The notes under the pieces were generated by a model that ran no database searches, was not told where the DNA came from, and saw only the letters and a program-made list of their open reading frames with translations. This document shows, piece by piece, positions 26,411 through 40,139 of a DNA stretch of 64,000 nucleotides (positions within the stretch are counted from its first letter, which is position 1; each line of letters starts with the position of its first letter). Position numbers and translations under genes: made by a program. Origin of the DNA: Callorhinchus milii (Eukaryota); NCBI RefSeq assembly GCF_018977255.1, contig NW_024704742.1, positions 29,204,001 to 29,268,000 on the forward strand, written 5' to 3'.

Positions 26411-28523
26411 AGCAGGGCAGATACCTGGGACGTCACCCAAGCAGGGCGGGGACCTGGGGCATTGGCGCCGGCATTGGCGGGGGAGTGACAACAGGTGTGT
26501 GATGGTGTATAAGTGTGATGGTTGCATTTTTTTAAAAAACATCAATTTAATGATTCACTGACAGGATTGTTAGAGTCTTTTGAATGGGTACCCAACATGC
26601 TTCTGATCAAGGACAGAGTGAAAGGAAGTAAGCTCACCAATTGTGCAGGAAGCAGGTTAACGTTTGCAAGAACGTAGGTCAGGAAAACAGAGTTTAAGAC
26701 TCTTTTATTCTCATCCTTTTATCTGCTACAACCCTTCACCTACACAGTAACCAAAATACTTTTGATTAACTCTTTGCCTCTCCTCGCTCAACCCATCTAT
26801 TCTCTCTATTACAATACCACTGTCTATTTGTCCTTACTTTCCTCATATTTTTCATTAACACTCATTGTAACTTTCAGCTTCATGTTGTTTGTCACCTCTG
26901 CTTGCATTTTTGCTTCCTCTACCTATCTTTGTCAACTCCACTGTCTGTAGTTTTTCACCTCCTGTGTAGCCACCACAGTTGACATTGTCAACTCATCTGT
27001 GTCCTGTATCCCCTTGGTATCTCATTATTCATCCTACTTCACACTTCATCTTTTTTGCACCCTTGCCTTTCCACTCACCCTGTGTTACCCTGTGCTGTTT
27101 TTGATATCTCAGTTCACACTTTCTTTCCACTTTATACCATTGGAAAAGTGACTCATGGATGAGACGTAGTTTAAGACCTTACTTAGTTAATAATCTAGAT
27201 TCACGACTATTACCAGTTAGATCATTTGCATTTACAAACTACCTTATGTGTATTTCTATTGTTCTTCCTATACGCACACATGGGTGAAGAGCTTAGCTGT
27301 TGGATCATCAGTCTTTAGGACAATAGTGGCACAAATGCAGTGTTTGCATCCTCGATGAAGCATTTTGTTAATTATAATAGTCAAAACATGAATTATGATG
27401 CAAAATGATACCTTGAAAGAAGGGGGACAAGGGATTAGAGTTGATAGCTCCAGTAGACAGATCTAGCATGGAACAGGCAAGGGTTTAAGTATGCTGGGAA
27501 CACAGTGATGAATGGTTGATCAATTTTGAAGTTATGTAGATACCCTGATATCGACAAGTGAATGGATGGTAAGGGATAACACGCCAAGATATGTTGCTAT
27601 AGAGACAGTCAGGTGAGCCTGCTTTTCTGTGTTGTGTCATCTCATCAACGTGTTTAATGGGCTTGTAGAGATTGTACAATGATTGTTGGCACTGTTTGAA
27701 ATGTACTGTTTTGGGCATTTTATTCTGAGAATGTGATGATTATCAAAGGAGGAGTTCCCTAGAGACAATGAAATCTGAGAAACAGAAGAGCCCCTGTGTA
27801 CGATAAAATATTGTAGCTGTTGGGTTTCATTCTGAAAACACAGATACGCTCCTCTGGTAGTATCCGCTGACAGATTCTATTCATTCCAAACAAAGCAATG
27901 AACAATAACATATTTCATGCTTTTTTTGTGGGGGGGGGGGGGGAAGGGAAAAAAAAAACTGAATGTTGCAGAGATTTAATAAACTGGAAATTATTTTCTA
28001 GGTGGGAGTGGGGTACGTTACCTCTAATATGATTGGTATTGGCTATCCCCTCATAACTCACTCAAGTGGCCATTCTTTACTTGGTAGTCAAGCTAGTTGC
28101 AAGACCCTGCATGTTACCCTGGTTCCGCCTCACAATCATCTTCCTCCTTGAGACACGAGTTGAAGAATATGTTTAGAGCTCATGAATATCTAGCACTGTG
28201 CGAGCACCCACGAGGAGATGCTACTCTGTGAGATAAGCCTCCACCTCCACTACCCCAGCTGACCTGACCAAAACTGGGAGCTGTTGTGCAACCTTTGTCC
28301 ACAACCCATCAGTCAGATTGAGTTTGTGGCATTATCGAGCATGGAGGGACCTTGCAAATCACTGTTGTGATGTCTCCTACAAAATGATTGCATATTAACA
28401 GCGGAAGAAATAAATCTGAAGGATTCCACATTGTTGATACACAGAACAATTATACTGATGGACCTCTTCTTAATTCTACCCAACATTTTCTTAAGATCAG
28501 CAAATGCTCCCCTGTTTATTGTG

Positions 28524-28526
<3 letters not shown>

Positions 28527-28555
<29 letters not shown>
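28527..28555. repeat. (AT)n microsatellite
   Basis: Directly visible. Confidence 0.95.
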
Positions 28556-28558
<3 letters not shown>

Positions 28559-28929
28559 GTAGAGTGGTAACAGTGAAAGTCCTTATTCAATTTAAAATAC
28601 TCTATGATCAAAGCTAAGAGGTTATTATATTTTTATGCACTTAGATGAAAATCAGCCTCTAAATACATCACTCTGTATATTCTCTGTTACTTCAATAGAA
28701 CTTTTTCTCCTCTTTTAAAACCCTTCTAAAAAACACCTTTTTCACTATGCGTCTGTCAACTCCCTGCTCTCACCCTTTTGATCTGCCACTCTATCCCTAT
28801 GAAGTGCTTTAAAATGTTTTCCTACATGAAAGGCTTTAAGTAAAAATTGTTGCTGTTGTTGAATTAATTCTTTGAACCCAAATATTTCTACAGCTGTCAA
28901 AATATGTGCCTGTTTTCTTTCAGCCGTTT

Positions 28930-29510
28930 AAAAGGGCAATATTGAGCCAAAATAGTGGGGTAATCCTGCCACTTTATAAATCACTGGTGCAACCGTACAT
29001 GGAATATTGTGTGCAGTTCTGGTCATCGCAATATAAAAAAGGATATTGTAGCGATTCAGCAGCTACAAAAGAGGGAAACCAAAATGAGGAACTGAACAAT
29101 GAAGAGGGATTAGATAAACTGGGCATATTCACGTTGGAGAGGGTTGAGGGACGATATGAAATGGTCTTTAAGATTCTGAAGGAATAGATAATGATAAGCT
29201 GTTTTATCTCGAGCTGAACAGTGGAACCAGAGGGCACAGCCTGCGATTGAAGGGGGTAAATTCAGAACAAATCTGCGGAAACACTACTTCAATGGGCGAT
29301 TAGTAAACTTGTGGAACAGGCTCCCTAGGGAAGACGGTGGAAGCAGAAAATGTTGTTTGTTTCAAGAACAAATTAAATAGAATTCTGCTAGAAAATAATC
29401 TCAGGATATAGTATATAGTTTAGGACACGACATGTCAAGCGACTGCCAGGATGGTGGAAGGTAAACTAGATGGACCTTGGTCTTCTTTCGCCTAACAAAT
29501 TCTTATGTTC
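28930..29510 (+). mobile_element. CR1 LINE 3' part
   Basis: VILPLYKSLVQPYMEYCVQFWS motif; ends ttcttatgttct. Confidence 0.9.
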
Positions 29511-31759
29511 TTTCATTACCCATGTGAATTGTGCTATATAAGTACACGTTGCTGTTGTTTCACATAATATTCGATCACAGAAATTGCAACATTGGAGGAG
29601 GCCATTCGACCCTTCGAGCTTAAAACTGGAGCTCTGGATGAATGGCGCTATATAAATGCAATGTGTTGTTAACTCTTCTCGTGGAGCTATCAATTTGAAT
29701 CGCATTTCCTTCCTCTTTCCTGTTACCAAATTTCAGATTGTTACAATTGGAAGTTTGCTATAAAGCAGAACTGCAGAAACATCCAGAAAAATAAAAATAT
29801 TTTTAGAATAAATTAAGACTGAGCAACTTTTATATTCGGTGCAGAAATCTTAGTTCACTCTACAAAGGTTTGACATCTTTTTTTAAATTTAGAAACATAT
29901 CAGGTTTTGTCGTTTCTCTGTTTACATCAAGTGGTCTGAACACAATTGGCTAAAGTAGACAATGGTACCTTCTGAGTCCCATCATATTGCAATGTTTAGA
30001 AAAAAAAGTGGTTGCTCTTTATCTGCTTTGTCAAATGTAGTTAAATGGCATTATATTTGCATGTGTATTTCCATGATATAGCTAAACATTGTTAGATATA
30101 TCATACAAAATGCTCCATGGTTGTGTGTGAACAAAGTATGGCAGTATTTATTTTTCCATAATGTAGCTTAATATTTTCTAACAAGTTCACCTATTGTGTA
30201 TTGAAGCCATGTACAAAATGGCAGCGCAATTTATTTCTGAGGAAACTGCTTAAGACAAAGGGAGCTGAGCGAATCCACATGATCATGGATCTGAGGAAGC
30301 ACGTCACCTCCTCACACCTGGAGTTGGAGAGAATGAAAGTCGTATAGGAAGGTGGACAAGGAGGTGTTTGGTGATGGAGAAAAGGAACCTGGGGTTATTA
30401 CATCAAAGCATTTGTTTGCCTCAAAATTATATCTGTGATTAGCTCAAGTAGTCAGTGCAAAGGATAGCTGGTTAGCATTCTTTATGCATTCATTTATAAA
30501 GCTGGTGTAATGTGCTGTAACATTTTATAGCCCTTGCTCAGACTCTCGTGCTATTTGTAGAATGTGTGACACTAGTCATTGTTCACTGAACTCCCAACCA
30601 GCAAAAGCAGCAATAAATCAAGCAAATTGAAATATCTCTATTGTAATAATAGTGTCATGTTTTGTAGTTTATGCATCAAGGTATTTCAATGCAGCATAAG
30701 CTGCAAATGCTACACTTTAACAGTGCTAAGTACATGCTATTACATTTCTAAATTTGGGGTGTCAAGGTACAGTTGCAATACACAGTGTGCAGAACGACAC
30801 TCTGCAAGCAAATGAATTGAGCATATACCAGGGTTAGATGTCATTAGCCTGGAGACCTGTAGCCTGCATTGCTCATTGGCTACTATGACCCCAATCTCTG
30901 TTATTCCTGTTTATTGCAGTGCCGCCTTAGATAGTATAAAGTGAGAGAGGGACTGGTGTTATTCTGGACATTTATTCCAGATATGAGGATACCTGTCCTG
31001 CCTCTCAGGGAAGATGACATGACAAGACTTCCCTCAGTTTCCTATGGACTATATTGGATCTGGAGAAAACATTACAAGAGACTGATTTAGAAAAATCAGT
31101 CCAAAGAATCGTTTTGACTCATTTCTGTACATTGATGAAACATGCTTTGTGTGTTTTTGAAGTATTACGTCATAGTCCACATTCCTGATCACACCACAGA
31201 GGTATTAAACCCTGTCATTTCTGTGTCAGCCTCAACACTACAGGCAAAGCGCTAATGCAGACAATTCAGCAATATGTTTGCCCAAAACATGCTTGTCATT
31301 ATTTGATACCCTCCTATGCGACCATCTATAATAGGCTTCGACAATCTATAACATTTAATCAAGCCAAATGTGGCAGAATTTATTAAACTGGTCTGTCCTC
31401 CAGGAAGTAGATCTACAGATTTTCAACATCTAAATTTCACAAACCTGTTGGAAGTGAATTTGCCAACCGTATGGGTCTTCTCACTACCAGAATGAAGGAA
31501 GAACTGAGGTTTTCATTACACTTGAGCAGTGGAAAAATATACAAGAACCCACACTGTTAAGAGGCATCAGAAAGCTTTTCTGAGATATTCCAGAGACTCT
31601 CCAGGATATCCTTTTCTTAAACCCTTTGATCTTAGGAGACTTCTAAATGATCGGCAAGTTAACTCTTTTCCTTTCATATCTCCTCAGACAGATATGAGGA
31701 AACATATCTGAGTGGAATGTTAAGAATGCCAAGCAATAATAAATGAAGACGGATCTCTA

Positions 31760-31878
31760 GTTTTGCCCACAAAACATACAGTCAATTCACTTGACAGTAT
31801 ATTCTGTGAAGCGCTTTGAGATGTCTTGAAGATGCGATAAGGCGCTATATCAAATGCAAGGATCATTATTACTACTAC
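31760..31878 (+). mobile_element. 3' fragment of the young tRNA-derived SINE
   Basis: gcccacaaaacatacagtcaattcac ... tatcaaatgcaaggatcattatt. Confidence 0.85.
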
Positions 31879-31959
31879 TGCAACATTGGGCCATTCTTCG
31901 CATAGTATACAATATCTTGTTCAGTTTTCCTTACTCTTTTTGATCAGTAGCTCCCAATT

Positions 31960-32385
31960 TAATAACAATAACCTTTGCATTTGATTATAGCACCTTATCA
32001 CATGGTCAAGCCATCTCAAAGCACTCCACTTTATTGTGAATTATAGTAACTGTATTTGTAGGCAAACACAGCAGGCAATTTGTGCACAACAATATCCCAC
32101 AAACAGCCATGAAGTAAGTGACCAATTTTATTTGCGGGATTGTTGGACAAAACATGGGAAGAAACTCCCTTCTCTTTTCGAACAGTACCACGAGATCCTA
32201 ATTTTAATATCCACTTGGACAAGCAGACAGGGCCTCAGTTTAATGTTTCATCCGAAGCACAGAATCTCCAACATGCAGTGCACCCCAGCATTGTATTGGA
32301 GAGACAGCCTAAATGATATGAGCTCCAGGTCCCAACATGGGGCTTGAACCAAAACTCTGACTCAGAGGCAAGAGTGCTACCAACA
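31960..32385 (-). mobile_element. Near full-length DeuSINE-type SINE
   Basis: Tail, 3' body, Deu core and tRNA head (ctctgactcagaggcaagagtgctaccaac) are all visible in reverse orientation. Confidence 0.8.
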
Positions 32386-34604
32386 TTCACCCAGAAAATA
32401 CACAGCCACTATACTTTGCAGTGCATCCAGTAAGCAGTTTTCAGACATGCACTGAGGCGAAAGATGCTGCTGTATATCAAATATAAGGATTCTAATTAAG
32501 GATTATTATTAAAGAGCACAGTGCCTTCCTTGACCGCAATGCCAGAACTGGAATTAAACCTGAATGTAAAATGGCAATCCCAGAAATGTGCAATAATATA
32601 CATCGGCACATAAAGGTCTGAGCTAGAGTAGCTCTGGGAGTTACCGCACACAATGAGATTCTGCCCACTAATCTTTGCTCGTCAAAATCAGCCACCGTGA
32701 GACGGGAAATGACATGATCAAAATTGGCTCTTGAAATTTCCAAGTTTAATTCACAATTACATTTCTTGGTCACTGATCTACCAGAATAAGTAATTCTCAA
32801 GGCAGATACTAATTACAAACATCTGGAAATTACCACTGGGAGATACTTAAGTAAAGTGCCGAGCAGAAATTCAAGTAATTACAGCGCAAAAATGTGTCAG
32901 GTAAAGGAAAAATTCTTGTGGGCAAAAGGCTACTGGCTCGAGTGCTGAACACTCCATCATCTCCATTCTACACTCTTGAGGGAAAATTGTTAGGTGTGCA
33001 CCACCTTGCATTACGAAACAGCTAGTAAAATGCAGCTCTCACACTGATGCTGTAATAAATTTCAAAACACAATGCAATTTATTGAGAGAGAGAGAGACTA
33101 AAATGCCACGGTAAGTGATCTATTTTTGTATTTTTTTTATTGCCCGTATGGTAATGATGCTGTTAAGGCTTCAGGTCCAGCGTTGTTAATTCAGCCCATC
33201 GGCTCAGATTGTACATTGTTTTACGGTTACTAAGCAGTTTTCTCACTGCGTGCTAGCATGCCAACATTTCCTGGCTTGTTTCCGATTGAAATTTTGTCAA
33301 CCTTGGTGTAATTTACACCCGGTAAAGTCACACTCTGTGCAGAGGCCTCAGCTCCTGATTAGAAAAGATAGACGTGTATTCAAACCTAACCCCCACATAC
33401 CGGTTTTGAAAATTAAATGACTAATCAACTCTTTGAATATGTGAAATAAGAAGAGACACGGCTGCTCAGCCCCCACTTGCATTCTGTCATTCGGTCCATA
33501 TATACAAGACTTGCTCAGACTATTTTCAGCTCTCTTCTGCCTTGTTTGTCAAGGTCATACCCCTACTCCCTGCTGAATCAGATATTTATTTTTTGGATGC
33601 TGAACTGAGTCTGCGCTCATTGTGCTGGGTGGCAGTTTATTCCTGAAGTTAACAATACTAGATGTGAAATATTTATTCCTTATAGATGCAACGTCTCTGC
33701 AAAAGTGTTTGGCAAACACAGTGCACATTATCGCATCAGCTTTACAGATATCAATCTGGCTCATTTGGTAGCTGCTGATTCAACAGGTTGCTTTGTGGGT
33801 TCAAGCCCCAAGTTGGGACTTGTCTTGTCTGACACGCCAGTGCAGTATTGGGTGTGTTGCTTTGACGGTCATGCTGTCCTGAAAGTGGAATACTATCTGG
33901 TGGGTGTCCTCATACTGCCCTTTGCAACTCCAAATCTAGGTCCTCACATTCTGCTGTCTCAGTGCATCCAAAAGTATTGTTCTAGGTTTACTTTCTCAAT
34001 CCTATTTAAAACCTTTCTATTTTGCCCACAAATATGAAGGGAATTGAAAAGCTAGATAAGAGTAACTCTTCTCTCCAATAGTGGAATCCAAAACAAAATG
34101 GGATACAATCTCAAAATCACAGGTACATCAGTTAAAAGTACCACCAGCAACCATTTTTTCACACAGGGAAAACTGTAAGATTGTGCAATGCACTACCCCA
34201 GAGAACCATATATGTAAGATCGATGGGACACTTAAATGAAAAACAGACAGAAATGTAGGTGAATGTTAAAGCATTTGATAAGGATGGTAGCGAAATACAA
34301 AGCAGAAAGAAAGGGAAAGAGAATTCAAGAATCTGGTTATGAAACAGCTGGTTGAGGAAGGTGGGTATTCAAAATTAAAGCTGCCCTGCACTCTCACCAC
34401 CACATTTGTTACCTCTATGCCTAGTATAAATTGGTAGAATGCCCGATTCAGAATTCACATATCTTCTCCTGCTCCGCTCCCACCAGTTGAAGTGGGCACA
34501 GCTTGGGTGAGCCCAATGGGGTTGGTGGCTTGGCTCTCTAGCCAGACTGCACTGAGAGGAGTTGCTGCTCTGCTACTTGTGGGTGCAGCAGAGATCTAAG
34601 AACG

Positions 34605-34725
34605 TTTTATCCACAAATATACAGTCAATTCACTCTACAGTATATTCTGTGAAGCGCATTGAGACGACTAGAAGACCTGAAAAGCGCTATATCAAATGCA
34701 ATGATTATTATTATCATTATCATCA
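34605..34725 (+). mobile_element. 3' fragment of the young tRNA-derived SINE
   Basis: ccacaaatatacagtcaattcac ... gcaatgattattatt. Confidence 0.85.
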
Positions 34726-36012
34726 ACAAATGTGACTGCATGAATAGTCATAGACATAAACAAAGAAATGTACAGCATGGTAGGAAGTTATTTGACCAAA
34801 GTGAGGAGACCCATGCTCTCTTTCTCTGCCCATGTTCTTTTCCTATGCTTCTATTTCCCAGCTCTGTCCATTCGCTGGCTACATCCCATTTGATCCTATA
34901 CCTCAATGAAGAAGAGCCTTACTGGCTACCATACTGTCCAGCTCACACATACAGGATAGCACTAATGCCCATGACATTTTGCCCTAGTATGATCCAGTGG
35001 CTTCATGACAGATGGGGAGAAAATCAAAAGGAAAAAGTGATGCAATAAATGTCCAGGATACGAGGAGAGCTTTAGTATTTGCCTCACCTTTCATGATTAA
35101 TAAAGTCCTTATTAATCCCTGTGATTTACTCTCTCCCCTTTCTTCATACTCTTAACACATTCACAACACGCTCTTGTATCTCTGGCCTAATGCCTCAAAG
35201 TCTTTGCTTAAGAAAAACAATGTTGATCCATACTGGAAGCAGATTGTTCGTTTCATTTAGATATAAGGTGAGAAAGTCAATTTTGCCTCAGGCTGTAAGA
35301 TCATTTTCTGAGAATTTAAGAATTGTACAACATTTTAGAAAATTCTTAATTTGAAAGTTGCTTCTTTTCAAGAACTTCCAAAAAAAACTTCCTAATTAAG
35401 ATGGGATATTATGAATTCCCCCAAATTCTGCACCGTCTTAAATTTTAAGACAAAATCCTCATCACAATCTAAGATGGGTGGAATTTCAGGACTGCTGAGT
35501 TCTAAATGTATTTGTTTCCCATGTTTTGGCTCTAAACTCACACTGATACGCTAAAGAAATAGCGTAAATAGTAGAGGTGCAATTTCTCCCCTTGTACATG
35601 CTGTTTCAGTGACGTGCCTAAACATAGTACCTCTGCCCCCGTGAATGAAACCACTGAGAAGTGCGCTCCATCTCCAGGTTCAGGATCAGATGTTAGTCGG
35701 TTGACGTGATCTTTATGAGGGGGAGTCACGTCCTTGATGTATCCTGTGAACATCATTCTATTCCATTATATCTATTTTTAAACAATAGGTGAGAACTCGT
35801 TTTACCACCTCACAGTATCACTTTGGCAGTCTCTTCACTTATCTTGAATTACAAACCACCACACGTGCAGGAATGAAAACTGTTTTTTAAAATTAATACT
35901 AGTTTTACAAAACTAGTAGTCTTCAGAGGCAACTGAGATTGTAAAATGGACATTTTCCAGGCGTCTGCACTGCTCATGCGGAACTAAATAAAAGCCACCA
36001 TTACAGAGAATG

Positions 36013-36282
36013 TTTGGGGGTCAGCCTAGTGTCTGACACATGCGGAAACCCATCGCTATGCTTAAGAGTATCCAAACCAAGCTGAATGTTCCATGCATCC
36101 CACCTACACATGGAAATTCCAGTGACAGATTGTTGGAATAGAACACGCACTCTCTCTCATTCCAATAAATACCTCTGGATTTCCGGAGTAGGTGGGATGA
36201 ATCGAATTCTCAGTTTGGTTTGGATATTCTTAAGCATGATGACGGGTTTCCCCATGTATCAGACACTAGGCTAACCCCCAAA
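36013..36282. repeat. Foldback element with ~110-bp inverted arms (family X termini)
   Basis: tttgggggtcagcctagtgtctgacacatg... mirrors ...catgtatcagacactaggctaacccccaaa. Confidence 0.85.
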
Positions 36283-38867
36283 AAGAAATAAAACTGCTAC
36301 ACTTAGCAGGCAGTGAAATACCATGTTCCCTGTCTAATTTTCCTCTCTAATTTTATAAGTCAGCTGAACCTGGTTTCAATCATCCAGTAATGCATAACTG
36401 TAAAAGCTGAAACAGTGAACTACAGTTATAATCATTTGTTTGATGAGTTGCAGGCACAGAACGGGAAAAGTGAAGTGTGGAAGAAACGTAATCCAGGCTG
36501 TGCTTGAACATGTGTGCTTGTTTTGATCAATGCTCAAATTACATTAAGGCTTTTGGCCAGCTCGTTATTGAAAACACATGACAAAAGAATGCTCCAAATG
36601 ATATTTTGCTATTGGCATGGCTTGTGACCCTTTAGATGCAGTGAATCTGAAACCTGTTTATTGGCGATTCAGTGCATGTGTTAGCACAACGCAGACAATG
36701 TACTGGCATAACATCTTTCATCACTCACTAATCAGAGCACAATGTACACAGACACTACACGGTAAAATCTAGCGAAGCGCTTTGAGAAATTTTGATGAAG
36801 TGATAAGGCACTTTATCAAATGCTAGGATTATGGGATCATTTATAACAGATGAAACTCTTCGGCAGTTTTGAACTGAATTGTGAATAAGATGAGGATCAT
36901 ATCTATCCTGCAGCTGCCTCAAAAAACTTGCTGTAAAGCAGGATCCTACTTAAATTGCACAAAAAAAGTTATTCTAATTTCTGGATATTAGAATTCCTCC
37001 TCACTGTTTAGAGGCACGACATTTCTCTTGGCCATAGCCTTATGAATGTTTTCTTAGATTGGAAGATCCTGCAGAATATTCAACAACCTGGGAAAAACAT
37101 TTTTTTGAAAACCAGGAGCAATTTTGAGCCTTGATGTGTTTCATAGGATTTACTATATGTCAAGCAGTAAAGACCATGTGTACTTGTGTGCAAATTGGTT
37201 GGATTTGCCTACATCAATGTTCCACAAATAACCATAGAATGAATGACCAATTTCATCTGGGGGATTTCGGGCCAGGACACTAAGAAATCTTTTAGCATAA
37301 TCTGGTTACAAAGACACTTTTTGTCATTATCCCAATTTTAATAAACATTTTCCATTTAAAATAATCCAATTCCAGAAAAACAGCATCCAAATTGAGACCA
37401 GATTGAAGATGTGTCTTAAGAGTAAGACCATGAGCAATTTTGGATCTCCAATCTTTAAGGGCCTTAAGTTTTCCCTTTCTAACTAAATCGATTGTTGAAA
37501 ATAAAAGCAATCCTTGCATTTGATGCAGTACTTTAGGAAATCCTGGTTTCCTACACCATCTTCTAACAATGGAAGGGCTGCAGCTATCATCCTTTGGAAG
37601 TACAGTTTAGCACATGTCAAATCCTTGACTGCTTTTGTAGACTATGGGGTTTAATTTACAATTCTCACAAAATGTTCACAATAGTGGTAGGAAAATCACT
37701 GATATAAGTATCCACACCACCACCTTAGGACAACTTAGGGACAACCCTTTCCAAAAGCCTCTAAAGTGGGAGAAAAGGATAGTGGAGTAAACTGGGAGAT
37801 GTTGATTTGAAATTGCAAAGCAGCTACTCACCTTTTTTTTTAAAAAAATCAATCAACCTCCAGTTTATTGTATATTTTTGGGATATTTAAACAGTCACCC
37901 CACTTTACACTACATGCTGTGAAGTACTTTGAGACATCCTCTTGACATGAAAGGCACCAAACCAAATATAACAATTCTTGATCCTTAATTCTTACATCTA
38001 ACCACCCTGAGGCTGCTGGTTCTTGCCAAGTGTTGCAGAGAACCATAAAAGCTTCCACTAGTTATCTGTTTGCTTGTCCCAATCAATGACGTAGTACAGG
38101 TAATAATCAGCCTCTGTGATCCAAGTTTCAACCAGGTTGCTCTGGCTCCAGAGGATTTTCTGTCATTGACTCCCCTAAACTGATGCTAAGCTCTGGTTGA
38201 TGCATTGATTTTCTAGCTTTGATTCTTTAAATCCTGTCTTCTTGTACTGCACTGTGGTTTCTTTCTTGTTGTAAAAATGAACTGCTGTGCTTCTATCTTC
38301 ATTGTATACATGGTTAAACTTGATGCACCTTCTCACATTTTAAAGCACTTCAACAGGATTTTCTGTAAATTGTAGTCACCACAACAACTTGTATCTTTCA
38401 TGGAGGATAGTGTCACAGAGTGCTTAAAAGGCAGAGTTTGACATCAAGTCTGGGAGCGGGGGAAAGTGACCATAGATACTAACAAACAGGAAGGTCTTCG
38501 GGTGTGATCGGAAGACAAGCAAGAAGGGGTCAAGGCAAATGATTGCGGGAGAGATCTCTAGACTTTCAGGGCATGAAGGCATGACTGCCAATGGTGGAGA
38601 GGACAAGGGACATGAAAGAGGCCTAAACCAGCCGAGTAAATGGACTGCGTAAATTTAAACAAACAGCAATGTCCTACAAACAGCCTTGAGGTGAATAATC
38701 AATTTTCATTGGAGGATTGTTGGCCAGGATGCCAGGAGAAAGTTCATTTGGCACCAGTGGTATAAGGATATAACAGAGACTGAAAATCCTCATGCTAGAG
38801 AAGTTTAAGGGAAATCTTGTTGAAGTTTTCAAGATCAAAACTACTACTGTATGTCAATCTGCATTCT

Positions 38868-38932
38868 ATATCAGTGATGGCCACCTGGGTGATGTATTTG
38901 AAGATAGTCACCCAGGTGACCATCACTGATAT
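38868..38932. repeat. 25-bp inverted repeat with a 15-nt spacer
   Basis: atatcagtgatggccacctgggtga versus tcacccaggtgaccatcactgatat, one mismatch. Confidence 0.9.
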
Positions 38933-40139
38933 GGTCCATAAGAATTAAACAATTTCAGGAGCAGATGGAGAAAATAGGCAGAATTATTTTAAGAATTGGA
39001 TGAATGTTTAGCAGTGTGAGTGATGCAAAGCAACTTGCCAGGAAAAGGATGCATCTGTACTCTGGTTATGCTCAGCTTGGTTGCAAATTGCAGGTTCCAG
39101 ATTGAAAGCTTCAAAGGCGTACATCATTAGCACCTCTTTCTATTTAGACGTTAGAGCCTCACCAATTCCTATGCTCATCACACAATGCATCGACTCTGGG
39201 AAGTCAGCTGGCAGGTTATCACTATTTGCTAATGATTTCGGGGTGGAGGGTATCCAAAAGCCAAGGGAAGTCCTGAATTTATATTGATTTTTTTTAATAT
39301 AAAACTGAAGGTTTGGAAGCCTTTTCACATTATTATCTTCGGACCCCCCACCTCTGCGGAATTCTGCGAGTCAGTTGTGTTTGATTTGTTTCTGCATTAC
39401 TGTTACAGATTCTTCCACCGAGACTTTCCAGAAAGGGAAGACGGGGGAGAAGGGGGTCAGGGTGATTGATGAGGGCTTCCTAAGCCACGGTCTCTGGGTG
39501 GCCTTGGATCAATCTGATTATCTGCTACACTGCCAGGTCTTGACAGTGATGAACGCTGTGCAGGGTGATGGCAACATACCTATTCATAAAAATAATTTGA
39601 CACTCTCAACACTAGGAGCTTTCGAATCTTTTACCTTCCTTCTGAGTGAGTGTGTTTTTTTTCCTGAAGAAAAAAAAACTTATCTTGAATAGATAAGACT
39701 ACTTCTCTACAAATGGTCTCGGAGAAATGAAGCCAGCTCATGGCAGGGTAAGGCATCCAGTGAAGCAAAATGACAGCAGCTGTCTTGTAGTGTGGGCACA
39801 TCATCATGGCATGCTTGATGCCACCCTGTTGTTTTACACAGCTCCAGCGGTGCAGTCATGACGCAGACGATTTTACTGAGAAGTGCCCTGGACTGTTCTG
39901 GAGACTGCAGGACTAATGATATAAGGTATTTGATCTCAGTCTTTCTAAGAAGGAAGGGCTTGCATTTATTACAGTGTACTGCAATGTCAAAACACATTGA
40001 AGCACTTCACACATAATTGCTGTCAAATGTAGTGACTGATTCTTTGACGACTCCAGCAGCTGCCTTTTATCTCAGCAAGTTACTGATTATTTATTGCTCT
40101 GTCAATGCTTGCTTGCCTTATGGCAATACAAACAAGATT

